This document shows, piece after piece, positions 50,209 to 59,527 of a stretch of DNA of 64,000 bases. The stretch is from an uncultured Lichenihabitans sp. GTDB lineage: Bacteria; Pseudomonadota; Alphaproteobacteria; Rhizobiales; Beijerinckiaceae. The stretch covers positions 7,845 to 71,844 of the forward strand of contig CAXTME010000006.1 of the NCBI GenBank assembly GCA_964245215.1. The letters run 5' to 3'. A program made the position numbers and the translations under genes. Within the stretch, counting starts at the first letter, position 1, and each line of letters opens with the position of its first letter. The notes beneath the pieces are model-generated. The model worked only from the letters and a program-made list of their open reading frames with translations. It had not been told where the DNA came from and ran no database searches.

Positions 50209-51384
50209 ATGAAAGCTCTCTGCTGGCACGGTACCAACGATATTCGCTGCGATAACGTCCCCGATCCGAAAATTGAGGATGCGCGCGACGTCATCATCAA
50301 AGTCACGGCCTGCGCCATCTGTGGCTCCGACCTCCATCTCATGGATGGCCTGATGCCCACCATGAAGAGTGGCGACGTGCTCGGTCATGAATTCATGGGC
50401 GTGGTGGTCGAGACGGGCTCGCCGAACCACAAATGGAAGAAGGGCGACAAGCTCGTCGTCCCCTTCAACATCAACTGCGGCGAATGTCGCCAATGCCTGC
50501 TGGGCAACTGGTCGGTGTGCGAGCGGTCCAACCGCAACGCGGAAATGGCCGCCAAGCAATTCGGCTACACGACGGCAGGCCTGTTCGGCTACTCCCATAT
50601 CACCGGCGGCTATGCCGGTGGTCAGGCCGAGTATGTGCGCGTTCCCATGGCTGATGTGGCACCCATGAAGGTGCCTGAGGGCATGACGGACGATGAAGTG
50701 CTGTTCCTCACCGACATCTTTCCCACCGGCTACCAGGGCGCCGAACACGCCGAGGTCAAGAATGGCGATATCGTCGCGGTCTGGGGTGCGGGGCCCGTCG
50801 GCTACTTTGCGATCCAATCGGCGAAGGTGATGGGCGCCGGCACGATCATCGCCATCGAAACCGTTCCGGAGCGGATTGCCCTCGCCAAAAAGGCCGGAGC
50901 TACCGACATCATCGATTTCGCCAAGGAAGATGTCTACGAGCGCATTCTCGAGATCAGCAAGGGCAAAGGCGCTGACTCCGTGATCGACTGCGTCGGCATG
51001 GAGGCGAGTGGTGGTCACGGGTTTTCCGGCATCCTGGATGCTGCCAAGGAGAAGCTGACCAAGTCCGAGCGGACCACCGCACTGGACCAGGCCATCAGAG
51101 CGGTTCGGCCCTGCGGCGTGGTGTCGGTGCCGGGTGTCTATGGTGGCCCTGTTTCCGTCGACATGGGATCGATCGTCCAGAAGGGCCTGACGATGCGCAG
51201 CGGACAGACGCATGTGAAGCGCTATCTCGAGCCGCTCACCAGACTGATCCAGGAAAAGAAGGTCGACATGACCTCGCTCATCTCCCACCGCAGCACGAAA
51301 TTCGAAGACGGCCCCGATCTCTACCAGACGTTCAAAGAGAAAAAGGACGGTTGCACGAAGGTGGTCTTCCACCCCACGGCTTGA
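50209..51384 (+). CDS. Zinc-dependent alcohol/formaldehyde dehydrogenase (YbdR-like MDR)
   Basis: ICGSDLH, LGHEFMG, CGEC..C....SVC structural Zn site, GGQAEYVRVP, LTDIFPTGY, GAGPVG. Confidence 0.93.
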   Translation: MKALCWHGTNDIRCDNVPDPKIEDARDVIIKVTACAICGSDLHLMDGLMPTMKSGDVLGHEFMGVVVETGSPNHKWKKGDKLVVPFNINCGECRQCLLGNWSVCERSNRNAEMAAKQFGYTTAGLFGYSHITGGYAGGQAEYVRVPMADVAPMKVPEGMTDDEVLFLTDIFPTGYQGAEHAEVKNGDIVAVWGAGPVGYFAIQSAKVMGAGTIIAIETVPERIALAKKAGATDIIDFAKEDVYERILEISKGKGADSVIDCVGMEASGGHGFSGILDAAKEKLTKSERTTALDQAIRAVRPCGVVSVPGVYGGPVSVDMGSIVQKGLTMRSGQTHVKRYLEPLTRLIQEKKVDMTSLISHRSTKFEDGPDLYQTFKEKKDGCTKVVFHPTA

Positions 51385-51448
51385 CCGAAATCGAGCCGCA
51401 CGCCTGCCGTGCTGCGGTCGTCCCGTTGTTCAGAAATGGATTCCCATC

Positions 51449-51937
51449 ATGAAGTCAAAACTGCAGGCGGTTGCCTTTGCGTCCGTGCTGGTATCCGCTC
51501 CGGCCTTTGCCCAAAGTCCGCCTCCATCGGACCAGGACTTCGTCGCCAAGGTATCGGTCGGCAACACCTTCGAGGTCGAGGAAGCCAAGCTGGCTCTCGA
51601 TCGGGTGACCGATACCCGGTTGAAGGGCTTCGCCCAGAAGATGATCGCCGACCATGGCGACGCCATGAAAAAGTTGGACGACGCCGCTGGCAAGGCCGGT
51701 GCGAAGGCCAGCGTGATGCTGGATAAGCCGCACCAGGCGATGCTCGATAACTTGAAAACCTTCAGCGGCACCGATTTCGACAAGATCTACATCGCGGATC
51801 AAGTCGCGGCTCATGCCGAGACCGTGGCGTTGCTATCCGACTACAAGCAGAACGGCAAGAATGGCGATCTGTTGTCTTGGACGAAAAATGCCTTACCGAT
51901 CGTCAAAGGCCATCAGGCCGACATCAACGCGATGTGA
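51449..51937 (+). CDS. DUF4142 domain exported protein
   Basis: Signal peptide; DQDFV.K...GNTFEVE.AKLA, FAQKMIADH, FDKIYI..QV..H. Confidence 0.9.
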   Translation: MKSKLQAVAFASVLVSAPAFAQSPPPSDQDFVAKVSVGNTFEVEEAKLALDRVTDTRLKGFAQKMIADHGDAMKKLDDAAGKAGAKASVMLDKPHQAMLDNLKTFSGTDFDKIYIADQVAAHAETVALLSDYKQNGKNGDLLSWTKNALPIVKGHQADINAM

Positions 51938-52003
51938 CGACCGACCACTGCCTTTCAGATCAACGGCCCGGGCTGACCGGGCACCGTTCGAAAGCTTATC
52001 TCC

Positions 52004-53131
52004 ATGATGATGCGGACTTCTCACGGACTGGCGGCCTTGGCCGCGATGCTGCTCTCCGGTTCGGCTCTGGCGCAGACGGCCGCGCCGGACAATGCCAAGC
52101 CGACCGTGATGGACAAGGTCAAGAGCACGGTCGAGTCGGCGACCGGCAGCCCGATGGCCAACCTCGATCCCGATATGCGCCACGTTATCGACGCGCTTGG
52201 ATCACTCGATCCGAAGCCGCTTCCGAAGCTGACGGCAGCTGAGGCGCGCCAGCAGCCCGGTGCGGCAGACGCCGCCATGCAGGTCCTGCGCGAAGCCGGC
52301 AAAAGCACGCTTCCCGATCCGACCGTTATGACCAAGAACATCCTGGTCGATGGCGCCAAGGGCAAGCTCGTCGCGACCGTCTACATGCCGGCCGAAACGT
52401 CGGGGCCGCTTCCGGTCATCGTGTACTACCATGGCGGCGGCTTCGTGATCGCCAACAACAGCACCTACGATGCGAGCCCCCGCATGCTGGCCAAGGAGGT
52501 CGGTGCCGTCGTGGTGGTGCCCGAATACAGCAAGGCGCCCGAGCATAAGTTCCCGGCGTCCCACGACGACGCGATCGCGGCCTACACGTGGGTGACGCGG
52601 AATGCGGCATCCATCGGCGGCGACCCGAAGAAGATCGCCGTCGCGGGAGAGAGCGCCGGCGGTAATCTCGCGGTAAATGTCGCAATCGCGGCGCGGGACC
52701 AGAACCTCACCAAGCCGGTCCACGAACTGGTCGTCTATCCCATGGCCGGCACGGATCTCGACACCGCATCCTACAAGGCGGCTGACAGCAGCGGCGTGAA
52801 GCCGTTGAACAAGCCCATGATGGAATGGTTTTACGCCAACCTGACAAAGAGCCCGGCCGACATGCAGGATCCCCGGCTGGATATCGTGGGCAAGGCCGAC
52901 CTGCATGGTCTAGCGCCGGCGACCGTCATCACGGATCAGATCGATCCTTTGCAGTCCGAAGGGCAGGCGCTGGCGGCCAAGATGAAGCAGGCGGGCGTCG
53001 AGGTCGATGCGCAGAACTATGATGGCGTGACGCACGAATTCTTCGGCATGGGCATGGTAGTCGGCAAAGCCAAGCAGGCTGAGGACGTGGCCGTCAAGAA
53101 CCTGAAGGATGCTTTCGGGCGCAGTAGCTGA
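52004..53131 (+). CDS. Exported HSL-family esterase/lipase
   Basis: Signal peptide; YYHGGGFV, APEHKFPA..DD, GESAGG, DPL..EG, HEFF. Confidence 0.92.
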   Translation: MMMRTSHGLAALAAMLLSGSALAQTAAPDNAKPTVMDKVKSTVESATGSPMANLDPDMRHVIDALGSLDPKPLPKLTAAEARQQPGAADAAMQVLREAGKSTLPDPTVMTKNILVDGAKGKLVATVYMPAETSGPLPVIVYYHGGGFVIANNSTYDASPRMLAKEVGAVVVVPEYSKAPEHKFPASHDDAIAAYTWVTRNAASIGGDPKKIAVAGESAGGNLAVNVAIAARDQNLTKPVHELVVYPMAGTDLDTASYKAADSSGVKPLNKPMMEWFYANLTKSPADMQDPRLDIVGKADLHGLAPATVITDQIDPLQSEGQALAAKMKQAGVEVDAQNYDGVTHEFFGMGMVVGKAKQAEDVAVKNLKDAFGRSS

Positions 53132-53218
53132 CGAACGGCCGTAAGCATTCCCCGTCGGAGTGGGCAGTTTAGATCCGCTTCAGGCGGGTGCGATCATCAC
53201 TCATTGGAGATCACAGCA

Positions 53219-54697
53219 ATGAAATCTCGCGACATAGCGCGCGGATTGGCCTGGTTCGGCATCGGGCTCGGCCTCGGGGAACTTCTGGCGCCCCGCGCCG
53301 TCGCCCGTGCCACGGGACTTCAGGGGCATGAGACACTGCTACAGCTTTTCGGGCTTCGCGAGATCGCCTCCGGTGCCATCATCCTCGCGGCCGAGGACCC
53401 CGAAGGATGGTTGTGGACGCGGGTCGCGGGGGATGTCCTCGACAGCCTGTTGCTGTCAGCGGGCATGAAAGCCCAGAACCCCGAGCGGCATCGTGCCATG
53501 CTGGCGACCGCCGCGGTTGCTCCGGTCGTGGCTCTCGACGCGCTTTATGCGCGGCGCTCGCTTGGTCCGGAAAATGCCGAGTACATGCCGGCACCGGCGC
53601 GCGGCCCCAACCTCAAGCACGCCAGCTTCGTGCGCTATAGCGACTCGGTCGAAAGCGTTCCCGCGAACGAGGCGCAGACGATCGATGCCATCCTCGCCTC
53701 GATGCGACGCCTTCAGCAGCGCACGCATGCGAAGTTCGGTACGGCCGTGCGGGTCTCGCATGCAAAGGCGCACGGCGTCGCGGTCGGCGAGTTGATTGTC
53801 GCGGACGATCTGTCTGGGCCGCTCTCCCAGGGAGTGTTCAAACCTGGCGCGCGTTATCCCGTCATCGCGCGGCTTGCCAACGTGCCGGGCGAGATCGACA
53901 GCGATGCGGTGGCGACGCAGCGCGGGCTGGCCTTGAAGCTTCTCGAGGTCGAGGGCGAGAAGCTGCCGGGCCACACAGGGGCGACGCAAGATTTCGTGCT
54001 GGACTCGGGCAATCGCTTCGCGGCCGGCACCGCTGCCCAGTTCCTCATGAACCATCGCATGCTCGAACATGCGCCCCAGATGCCCGACGCCCTGAAGGCG
54101 GCCGTCTCGACGGCCTCGCGGGCCGGCAACAAGGCGTTGCACTACATGGGCGTCGACAGCCCGACCCTTGACTTCTTCGGCCACAGCCGGGTGCATCCAA
54201 TGGCGGAGGCTTATTTCACCCAGGCGCCCATCCGCTACGGAGATTATTTCGCCAAGCTTGCCGTCGTACCGGTATCTTCGGGTCAGCGCGCCCTCGACGG
54301 AACGGAGGTCGACTCCGACGACCCGAACGCCCTCAGGACCGCGACGGTCGCCTATCTGCGCGATCATGATGCCGAGTTCGAGATCAGGGTGCAGCTCTGC
54401 ACGAACCTCGACAGAATGCCGGTCGAGGATGCCAGCGTGGAATGGCCGGAACAGGAAAGTCCCTACCGCACCGTGGCAAGGCTGCGCCTACCGCGACAGG
54501 AGGCTTTCAACGAAGCTCGGCGCACCTTCGTGGACAACCTGTCGTTTTGCGTGTCGCATAGCCTGTCTGCTCATCGTCCACTTGGCTCCATCATGCGGGC
54601 GCGACTCCGGGCATACCCGGAGATGTCCCGTCTGCGCCGGCAAACGAACGGCGTTCCGCTCCGCGAGCCGGTCTCGATCGACGAGGTGCCGGCTTGA
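53219..54697 (+). CDS. Fusion of an N-terminal hydrophobic domain and a catalase-like heme domain
   Basis: About 115-aa domain ARGLAWFGIGLGLGELLAP...GLREIASG...WTRVAGD.LD. It is followed by R.SHAKAHG (distal His), RGLALK, TQDFVL, YFTQAPIRYG, MPVEDAS.EWP and HRPLGSIMRAR..AY (proximal Tyr). Confidence 0.85.
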   Translation: MKSRDIARGLAWFGIGLGLGELLAPRAVARATGLQGHETLLQLFGLREIASGAIILAAEDPEGWLWTRVAGDVLDSLLLSAGMKAQNPERHRAMLATAAVAPVVALDALYARRSLGPENAEYMPAPARGPNLKHASFVRYSDSVESVPANEAQTIDAILASMRRLQQRTHAKFGTAVRVSHAKAHGVAVGELIVADDLSGPLSQGVFKPGARYPVIARLANVPGEIDSDAVATQRGLALKLLEVEGEKLPGHTGATQDFVLDSGNRFAAGTAAQFLMNHRMLEHAPQMPDALKAAVSTASRAGNKALHYMGVDSPTLDFFGHSRVHPMAEAYFTQAPIRYGDYFAKLAVVPVSSGQRALDGTEVDSDDPNALRTATVAYLRDHDAEFEIRVQLCTNLDRMPVEDASVEWPEQESPYRTVARLRLPRQEAFNEARRTFVDNLSFCVSHSLSAHRPLGSIMRARLRAYPEMSRLRRQTNGVPLREPVSIDEVPA

Positions 54698-54787
54698 ACG
54701 CTCGCTTTGCAGCATTGCTCCGGCCCGTTCTCTCGCTCGGTTGTTCGTAAGCGATCTCCCTAAAACAGGAGTAGGGTGCCGTTTCTT

Positions 54788-56020
54788 TCAGACCCGACCT
54801 ACGATCCTGCAGCTACTCGGGGCACGCTGCCCAGCAAAACGATCGGCCATCCACGCCACGGCCGCGTCGGCAGCCTTGAAGCCCAAAAATCCGTGCCCGG
54901 CCCCGGGTACGAGATCGAATGCGACAGCGCTACCGTTACGGCACAGCCGCCGCATGTAGTCCTCCGTAACGCGGGGCCGCACGAGCTTGTCGTTCGTGCC
55001 CTGCGCCAGGAAAACCGGTATGCGGGAAGGCAAGGGCCCTGGCGTGTTCTCCCGCAGCAGGGAAGACCAGGGCTCGGCGTCGGCGAAGTTCTGCACGCGG
55101 AGAAATCTCTCGGCGAGCGGCTTCTCGATCCGCCCCCGCACCACGAAGTCGTAGATCGACTCCAGGCATTCGTTGGCGAGGCGGTCCACGATCGGAATGG
55201 CCGACGGATCGAGGACGGCATCGATCGGAGCATCATAGATCCGGGCCCAGGACCAGAGCGTCATGGCGGTCAGGTTGCGTCCGCCGGATGTGTCGATGTC
55301 GGCCTTGAGCAGAGTCGCAAGTTCCGTAGCCGGTGCCGCGGCAGCGACGCCGACGAGTTCCAGGTCGGGCGCGTAACTCCCGGCCAGAAGTCCGGTGAAC
55401 AGGGCGGCATGTCCCCCTTGGGAGTGCCCCCAGACCGCGAAGCGTCGGCCGCTCCCGACGCCGGGCACCTGGCGGGCAGCCCGCACCGAGTCGAGCACGG
55501 CCCGACCCTCGCTCTCCCCGACCAGGTAGGGATGAACCTGCGGCGTCCCGAGCCCCGGGTAGTCCGTCGCCGCGACCGCATAGCCGTGCGCTAGCATTTC
55601 CTTTAGCCCTGCGATGAACTGGAACCGCTTACGAGCCAAGGACGGGGCGCAGCGCGGGACGACCCCGCTCGTCGGGTGCGCCCAGGCCACGATCGGCCGT
55701 CCCTCCGCTGGAGGGTCCGACGCGGGGACCACGACCATGCCAGAAACGGTAATCGGCTCACCGTGCAGGCCGGTCGATCGGTACAGGATCCGGTAGGCGT
55801 TCGCGCCGTCGGGTGCGCCGGCCAGAGGTTCGGTCTGCATCAGAGTACCGGCCGCCCCGCCAGGTAGCAGACCTTGCAGCGTCGCAAGAAGGTCCTCCTG
55901 CGCTTCGGCCGCGATCGGGCTCGAAAGTCCGAGACACAAAGCCAGAACGGTGAGTACGTCTCGCACGCGCTGACCCCGGGTTACATAGCCGGATCGGAAT
56001 GGTTCTGGGCTTGCCGACAT
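54788..56020 (-). CDS. Secretory lipase family (LIP/PF03583-like) alpha/beta hydrolase
   Basis: YRILYRST, AWAHPTSG...CAPS, ATDY.GLG, WGHSQGG, QG..D.LV, H. Confidence 0.88.
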   Translation of the reverse strand: MSASPEPFRSGYVTRGQRVRDVLTVLALCLGLSSPIAAEAQEDLLATLQGLLPGGAAGTLMQTEPLAGAPDGANAYRILYRSTGLHGEPITVSGMVVVPASDPPAEGRPIVAWAHPTSGVVPRCAPSLARKRFQFIAGLKEMLAHGYAVAATDYPGLGTPQVHPYLVGESEGRAVLDSVRAARQVPGVGSGRRFAVWGHSQGGHAALFTGLLAGSYAPDLELVGVAAAAPATELATLLKADIDTSGGRNLTAMTLWSWARIYDAPIDAVLDPSAIPIVDRLANECLESIYDFVVRGRIEKPLAERFLRVQNFADAEPWSSLLRENTPGPLPSRIPVFLAQGTNDKLVRPRVTEDYMRRLCRNGSAVAFDLVPGAGHGFLGFKAADAAVAWMADRFAGQRAPSSCRIVGRV

Positions 56021-56296
56021 CTGTCCGAACCTCTCAAGTCACCCAGATCATGGCCCCAGCACGCCGAATGGTACAGGGCATCAATCAATGGCTGTAACCT
56101 CCTGATGACCAGCGTCCTGCTCTATCCGCAAGTACGTCGGCACCGATCCTCTTATGCTTCGAGCCAGAGGTATAGCTTCACCCGGAGTTACGGCGTCCGT
56201 TCGTCAATGAGTCAACGGCAGAAATTGCATGATTGCTGACCAGCATCCTCAACAGGTATTACACGGGGGTGTATGCCACCAACGGGACAAACAAAA

Positions 56297-57721
56297 TCAA
56301 GGGCCTGCAGACGGCGCGATCAACGCCTTACCTCGTGCCGAAAGCGCAGCTGCTCGCTTCGACGCAGCGTATAGGTTTAGTCGAGAGTAGACCCCAAAGG
56401 CGGAACCGTCGTCGAGAAATCCACCTCCCGGGCCCTCGGTCTCGGTTAAGATTTGCTGGGCCTGTTCCAGTGTCAAGTTTGGGAAGGCGACGGTTAGCAG
56501 ATAGCCGGCTTCGGGCGCTAGCTTGCCGACGTCCTCGGTCTTGCCGGCCATCTCGGAGTAAACAACGGGCAGGCCATAAGTCTGTGTCGTGGCATAGAAG
56601 GCCTCGTTCGACGCTTGGTCGTGGAAACGGCCGATGTCCTGGCGAGCGCAAGCCTGCACCGAGTTGCCGCACCCAGCCTGCAGAGCCGTGGCCAGTTCGG
56701 TTTGGGCGGCTTTCACGGCGGCCCGGTAGTCGGAGATCGCGGCGACGTCTTTCCGCGGCTGGCCCATGGCGACCGGCGAAGCATAATCCTTCATTGTCTG
56801 ACCCATGTAGGCAGGGTCGTTGGCGAGAAGATGGGCCAAGTCATAGGTCGCAAGCGTCCGACCGCCGAGCACATCCATCGCGTAGTGGGCGCCCATGATG
56901 ATGCGGTCGTTGCCGTACTCGGCCGCGCGTACGATCATCTCCTGGTAGCGATCCGGCACCAGGACGGCCAGTAGGATCGAGCCCATGTAGCCGTAGGTGG
57001 TGTGGCCGCTCGGATAGGAGGGGCTGTCCGTGAGGTTCGAAATCGGCCCTCGATTGTAGACGTCGTTGTTGGCGGGGACGTTGAAGTAATCCGGCCCCAC
57101 GATGGAAAGGACGGTCGGCTCGGTTTGGAAAGGGCGCGAGTCGCCGAAAGCGTCGGCGCCGGGGGATCCCGCAGGCCGGGCGTAGGCTTTGCCGAACGGG
57201 TCTGGCGACCCGCCGTTGTCTTTCAGGATGGCGGAAGCATCGTCGGAGACCGACATTCTTCCGTCCGTCGTCGCATTGGCGAAGAAGTACTTACCCGAAT
57301 TCGAATCAGCCCCGGTGGTCGCGTTGCTATAGGCGATGAGGTCGGCGATGGCGGAGGACACGTTGGTGTAGTGCTCGCGGTCGAGATAGTGGGCTCGGGC
57401 CTGATAAGCGGCACCGAGCGTCGATCCGAGCCCGTCGGCTAGTTCGGAGAGGTTGCCGTCCGTGATAAAGGCGTCGCGGAGGGACTGCTGTTGCTGATCG
57501 GCGAAGGGCAGGAGGGTCGATTGGCGGATTGCGCCGATCTGGATCCCGCCCGTCACGGCGAAATTCGCACCCAGCGCCGCTCGCCCAGCAGGTGTCTTGG
57601 CCAGCACCGTGACCGGTGCCAGACCCTTCAAGACGGTCATGTTGGTGGCGGTCTGTGCGTAGGACTGGAACGAGACCAGGATGGTAGCGACCACGAGGCC
57701 TAGCTTGCTGACATCGGTCAT
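56297..57721 (-). CDS. Exported PAP2-family acid phosphatase
   Basis: Signal peptide; SRPF, SYPSGHTT, R.AEYG.DRII.GAHYAMDV.GGR. Confidence 0.88.
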   Translation of the reverse strand: MTDVSKLGLVVATILVSFQSYAQTATNMTVLKGLAPVTVLAKTPAGRAALGANFAVTGGIQIGAIRQSTLLPFADQQQQSLRDAFITDGNLSELADGLGSTLGAAYQARAHYLDREHYTNVSSAIADLIAYSNATTGADSNSGKYFFANATTDGRMSVSDDASAILKDNGGSPDPFGKAYARPAGSPGADAFGDSRPFQTEPTVLSIVGPDYFNVPANNDVYNRGPISNLTDSPSYPSGHTTYGYMGSILLAVLVPDRYQEMIVRAAEYGNDRIIMGAHYAMDVLGGRTLATYDLAHLLANDPAYMGQTMKDYASPVAMGQPRKDVAAISDYRAAVKAAQTELATALQAGCGNSVQACARQDIGRFHDQASNEAFYATTQTYGLPVVYSEMAGKTEDVGKLAPEAGYLLTVAFPNLTLEQAQQILTETEGPGGGFLDDGSAFGVYSRLNLYAASKRAAALSARGKALIAPSAGP

Positions 57722-58132
57722 GGACCCTCCTGAGAAGTCGCCTGCCCGATATTTGGCGGGCACCATCTTGGGTTTCTCAAACTCAAGAAATTCTTTCCAC
57801 CTTGTCGGACGTGATCGCCTGATCGGCAACCCTGCGTGATCCCGGTGGGTAGCAAAACCTCTGTTGACCTGCAATGCGCCCTTCGGGGCGCATGCCCTTC
57901 TCGGGCGATTTCTCCCGATTCGGGCCCGCCTTCGGGTCGGCTTTTGTGAAGAGCCACGATCAGAGCGGTCCCCGCCATCGACGAAAGGGCGCGTCGTCGG
58001 GCAGGCCGAGTTTGTCCAAGGGGACTGCTACCTTAACTCTATCGGCCAACTGTCAAAATAGTGCAGAAACCCTCTTTCGCAGCGACGGCGTGCTGTTATT
58101 CTGTCTTGATTGAGAGAAGTTCGGTGACGTTC

Positions 58133-58429
58133 ATGCGAGTTAGGCTTGTCGCGATTTGGTCTGGCCTTCTCGTGGCGGCCAGCTTCAACCCAGTCGAGGC
58201 GATGCCGATCGCACTGGGAAACACTGTTTCACCAGCAATCACCTTGGTGGCGCAAGGCTGCGGCTACGGCCGCTGGCGTGGGCCATGGGGGCACTGCCGC
58301 AACACGACGTTCTACGGGAAAATGCCCGGTGGTTACATGAAATGCCCGCCCGGTCAGTGGCCCGGACCTTACGGTCATTGCAGGAACACGCCTTTCCACG
58401 GGCGTTGGCCTGACGGCAGCTATCATTGA
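58133..58429 (+). CDS. Small exported GCG_CRPN-type repeat protein
   Basis: Signal peptide, ITLVAQGCG prefix, two repeats C...W.GP.GHCRNT.F.G. Confidence 0.8.
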   Translation: MRVRLVAIWSGLLVAASFNPVEAMPIALGNTVSPAITLVAQGCGYGRWRGPWGHCRNTTFYGKMPGGYMKCPPGQWPGPYGHCRNTPFHGRWPDGSYH

Positions 58430-58472
58430 CCTGTGATCGTGCAACTCCGATAAAGCCGTACGGGATGATCAG

Positions 58473-58709
58473 ATGCGTAACGTGATCGGGCTAGTGGCCT
58501 TTTGTAGCATCGCGTCTCCGGACGTGTGCTCTGCACAAACTCTCATGCAGAGGCTCGCCTGCACAGGCGATGCCCTCAGGCTATGCGGTGATTTTGTGCC
58601 CAACCACAAGCTGGTGGCGCAATGTATGGAGGTAAAACACGACCAGCTCAGCCGACGGTGCATGGTCGTGTTCGATGCAGGTATGAAGGCGCGCTTGCAA
58701 GGACGATGA
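58473..58709 (+). CDS. Small exported cysteine-rich repeat protein
   Basis: Signal-like N-terminus; AC..DA.RLC......V.QCM....QLS..C pattern. Confidence 0.75.
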   Translation: MRNVIGLVAFCSIASPDVCSAQTLMQRLACTGDALRLCGDFVPNHKLVAQCMEVKHDQLSRRCMVVFDAGMKARLQGR

Positions 58710-58749
58710 AGCCCTTCATGGCGGGACGATGACTGCTCGCCAGCCGGCA

Positions 58750-58882
58750 AGATACGGCCGGCAGCCGTTCTGCTCCTGCCCGAGGACCTGACGCCTGTCT
58801 TCCTGCCGCCCCGGTCGCCCGAGCTCGATCCTGTCCCGAACGCCTGGCATTACGGCGCGCCAGCAGAATCTCGAACCGCGTG
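58750..58882 (+). mobile_element. Degenerate IS630-family transposase fragment
   Basis: LPEDLTPVFLPPRSPELDPVPNAWHY [frameshift] SNRV versus the IS630 DDE motif VPxNITxxxLPxxSPELNPxExxWxxLRxxxLSNRV. Confidence 0.72.
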
Positions 58883-58885
58883 TGA

Positions 58886-59143
58886 CTACCGATATGGCCA
58901 GCTCGGCATGACGTCGGCGTTCCGCGATCCGCAGCGCTGACACACCCACCGGCGCCTGGTTGCGATCTTCGGGAAAGGCGTATCGTCGGGCAAACCGATC
59001 GTGTCGAGGCTCACGACTGATCCGCGATGGCACGTCGAGTCACTGCAGGACACGTAAACGCTGGTGACGCCCTGGGCGCGCAGGTAGCCAATCGTCGGCG
59101 AATGTGCAGGTGGCGGGCGTTTTTGTCGAGAGCTGTCGGTCAC
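58886..59143 (-). CDS. Small putative zinc-ribbon protein
   Basis: TIGYLRAQGV..V.VSC-x4-CH...LPDDTP......WVCQRCGSR...V.P.W; two Cys pairs. Confidence 0.72.
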   Translation of the reverse strand: MTDSSRQKRPPPAHSPTIGYLRAQGVTSVYVSCSDSTCHRGSVVSLDTIGLPDDTPFPKIATRRRWVCQRCGSRNADVMPSWPYR

Positions 59144-59206
59144 TGGTCAGTCGTTGTTCACCCGTGAAACGATGTTGAAGCGCATGCTACGGCCTCATGG
59201 AGGGGA

Positions 59207-59485
59207 CTATACCGGATAGGCATCGGCCCGTACTTCCTGAATGGAAATTCTCTCCGCTTTTTTGGCAACCGCAATTAGAAACGTTTGCCCATCCACCGCC
59301 ACCTCTGACACCGGCCCGATAGTACGCCAAGGCTCAGTCTTCGGTTTTTTCAGGACGGGTCGGAAACCTGCTGCCAGGATGCGCTCGATGATCTTGCACG
59401 GCTCCAAACCGAAGGGGTCGCTGGTGCCCAGCGTATGAGCCAAGCTCACACGCCCGTGGCCGGTGAAGTACGAGTAGTAGAACAT
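59207..59485 (-). CDS. Hypothetical protein, tandem paralog A
   Basis: gagg RBS; 43/90 ungapped identities to 59528..59812. Confidence 0.85.
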   Translation of the reverse strand: MFYYSYFTGHGRVSLAHTLGTSDPFGLEPCKIIERILAAGFRPVLKKPKTEPWRTIGPVSEVAVDGQTFLIAVAKKAERISIQEVRADAYPV

Positions 59486-59527
59486 GGTAGGCCTCGTAAG
59501 TGGTTGTTGGAGACGGTTGTCGGTGAC

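Noticed and set aside
57820-57900. Riboswitch-like words (ggcaaccc...ggtagcaaaacc) upstream of the PAP2 gene
   Set aside because: Does not fit the c-di-GMP-I or glycine riboswitch architecture on either strand; a covariance-model search would be needed.
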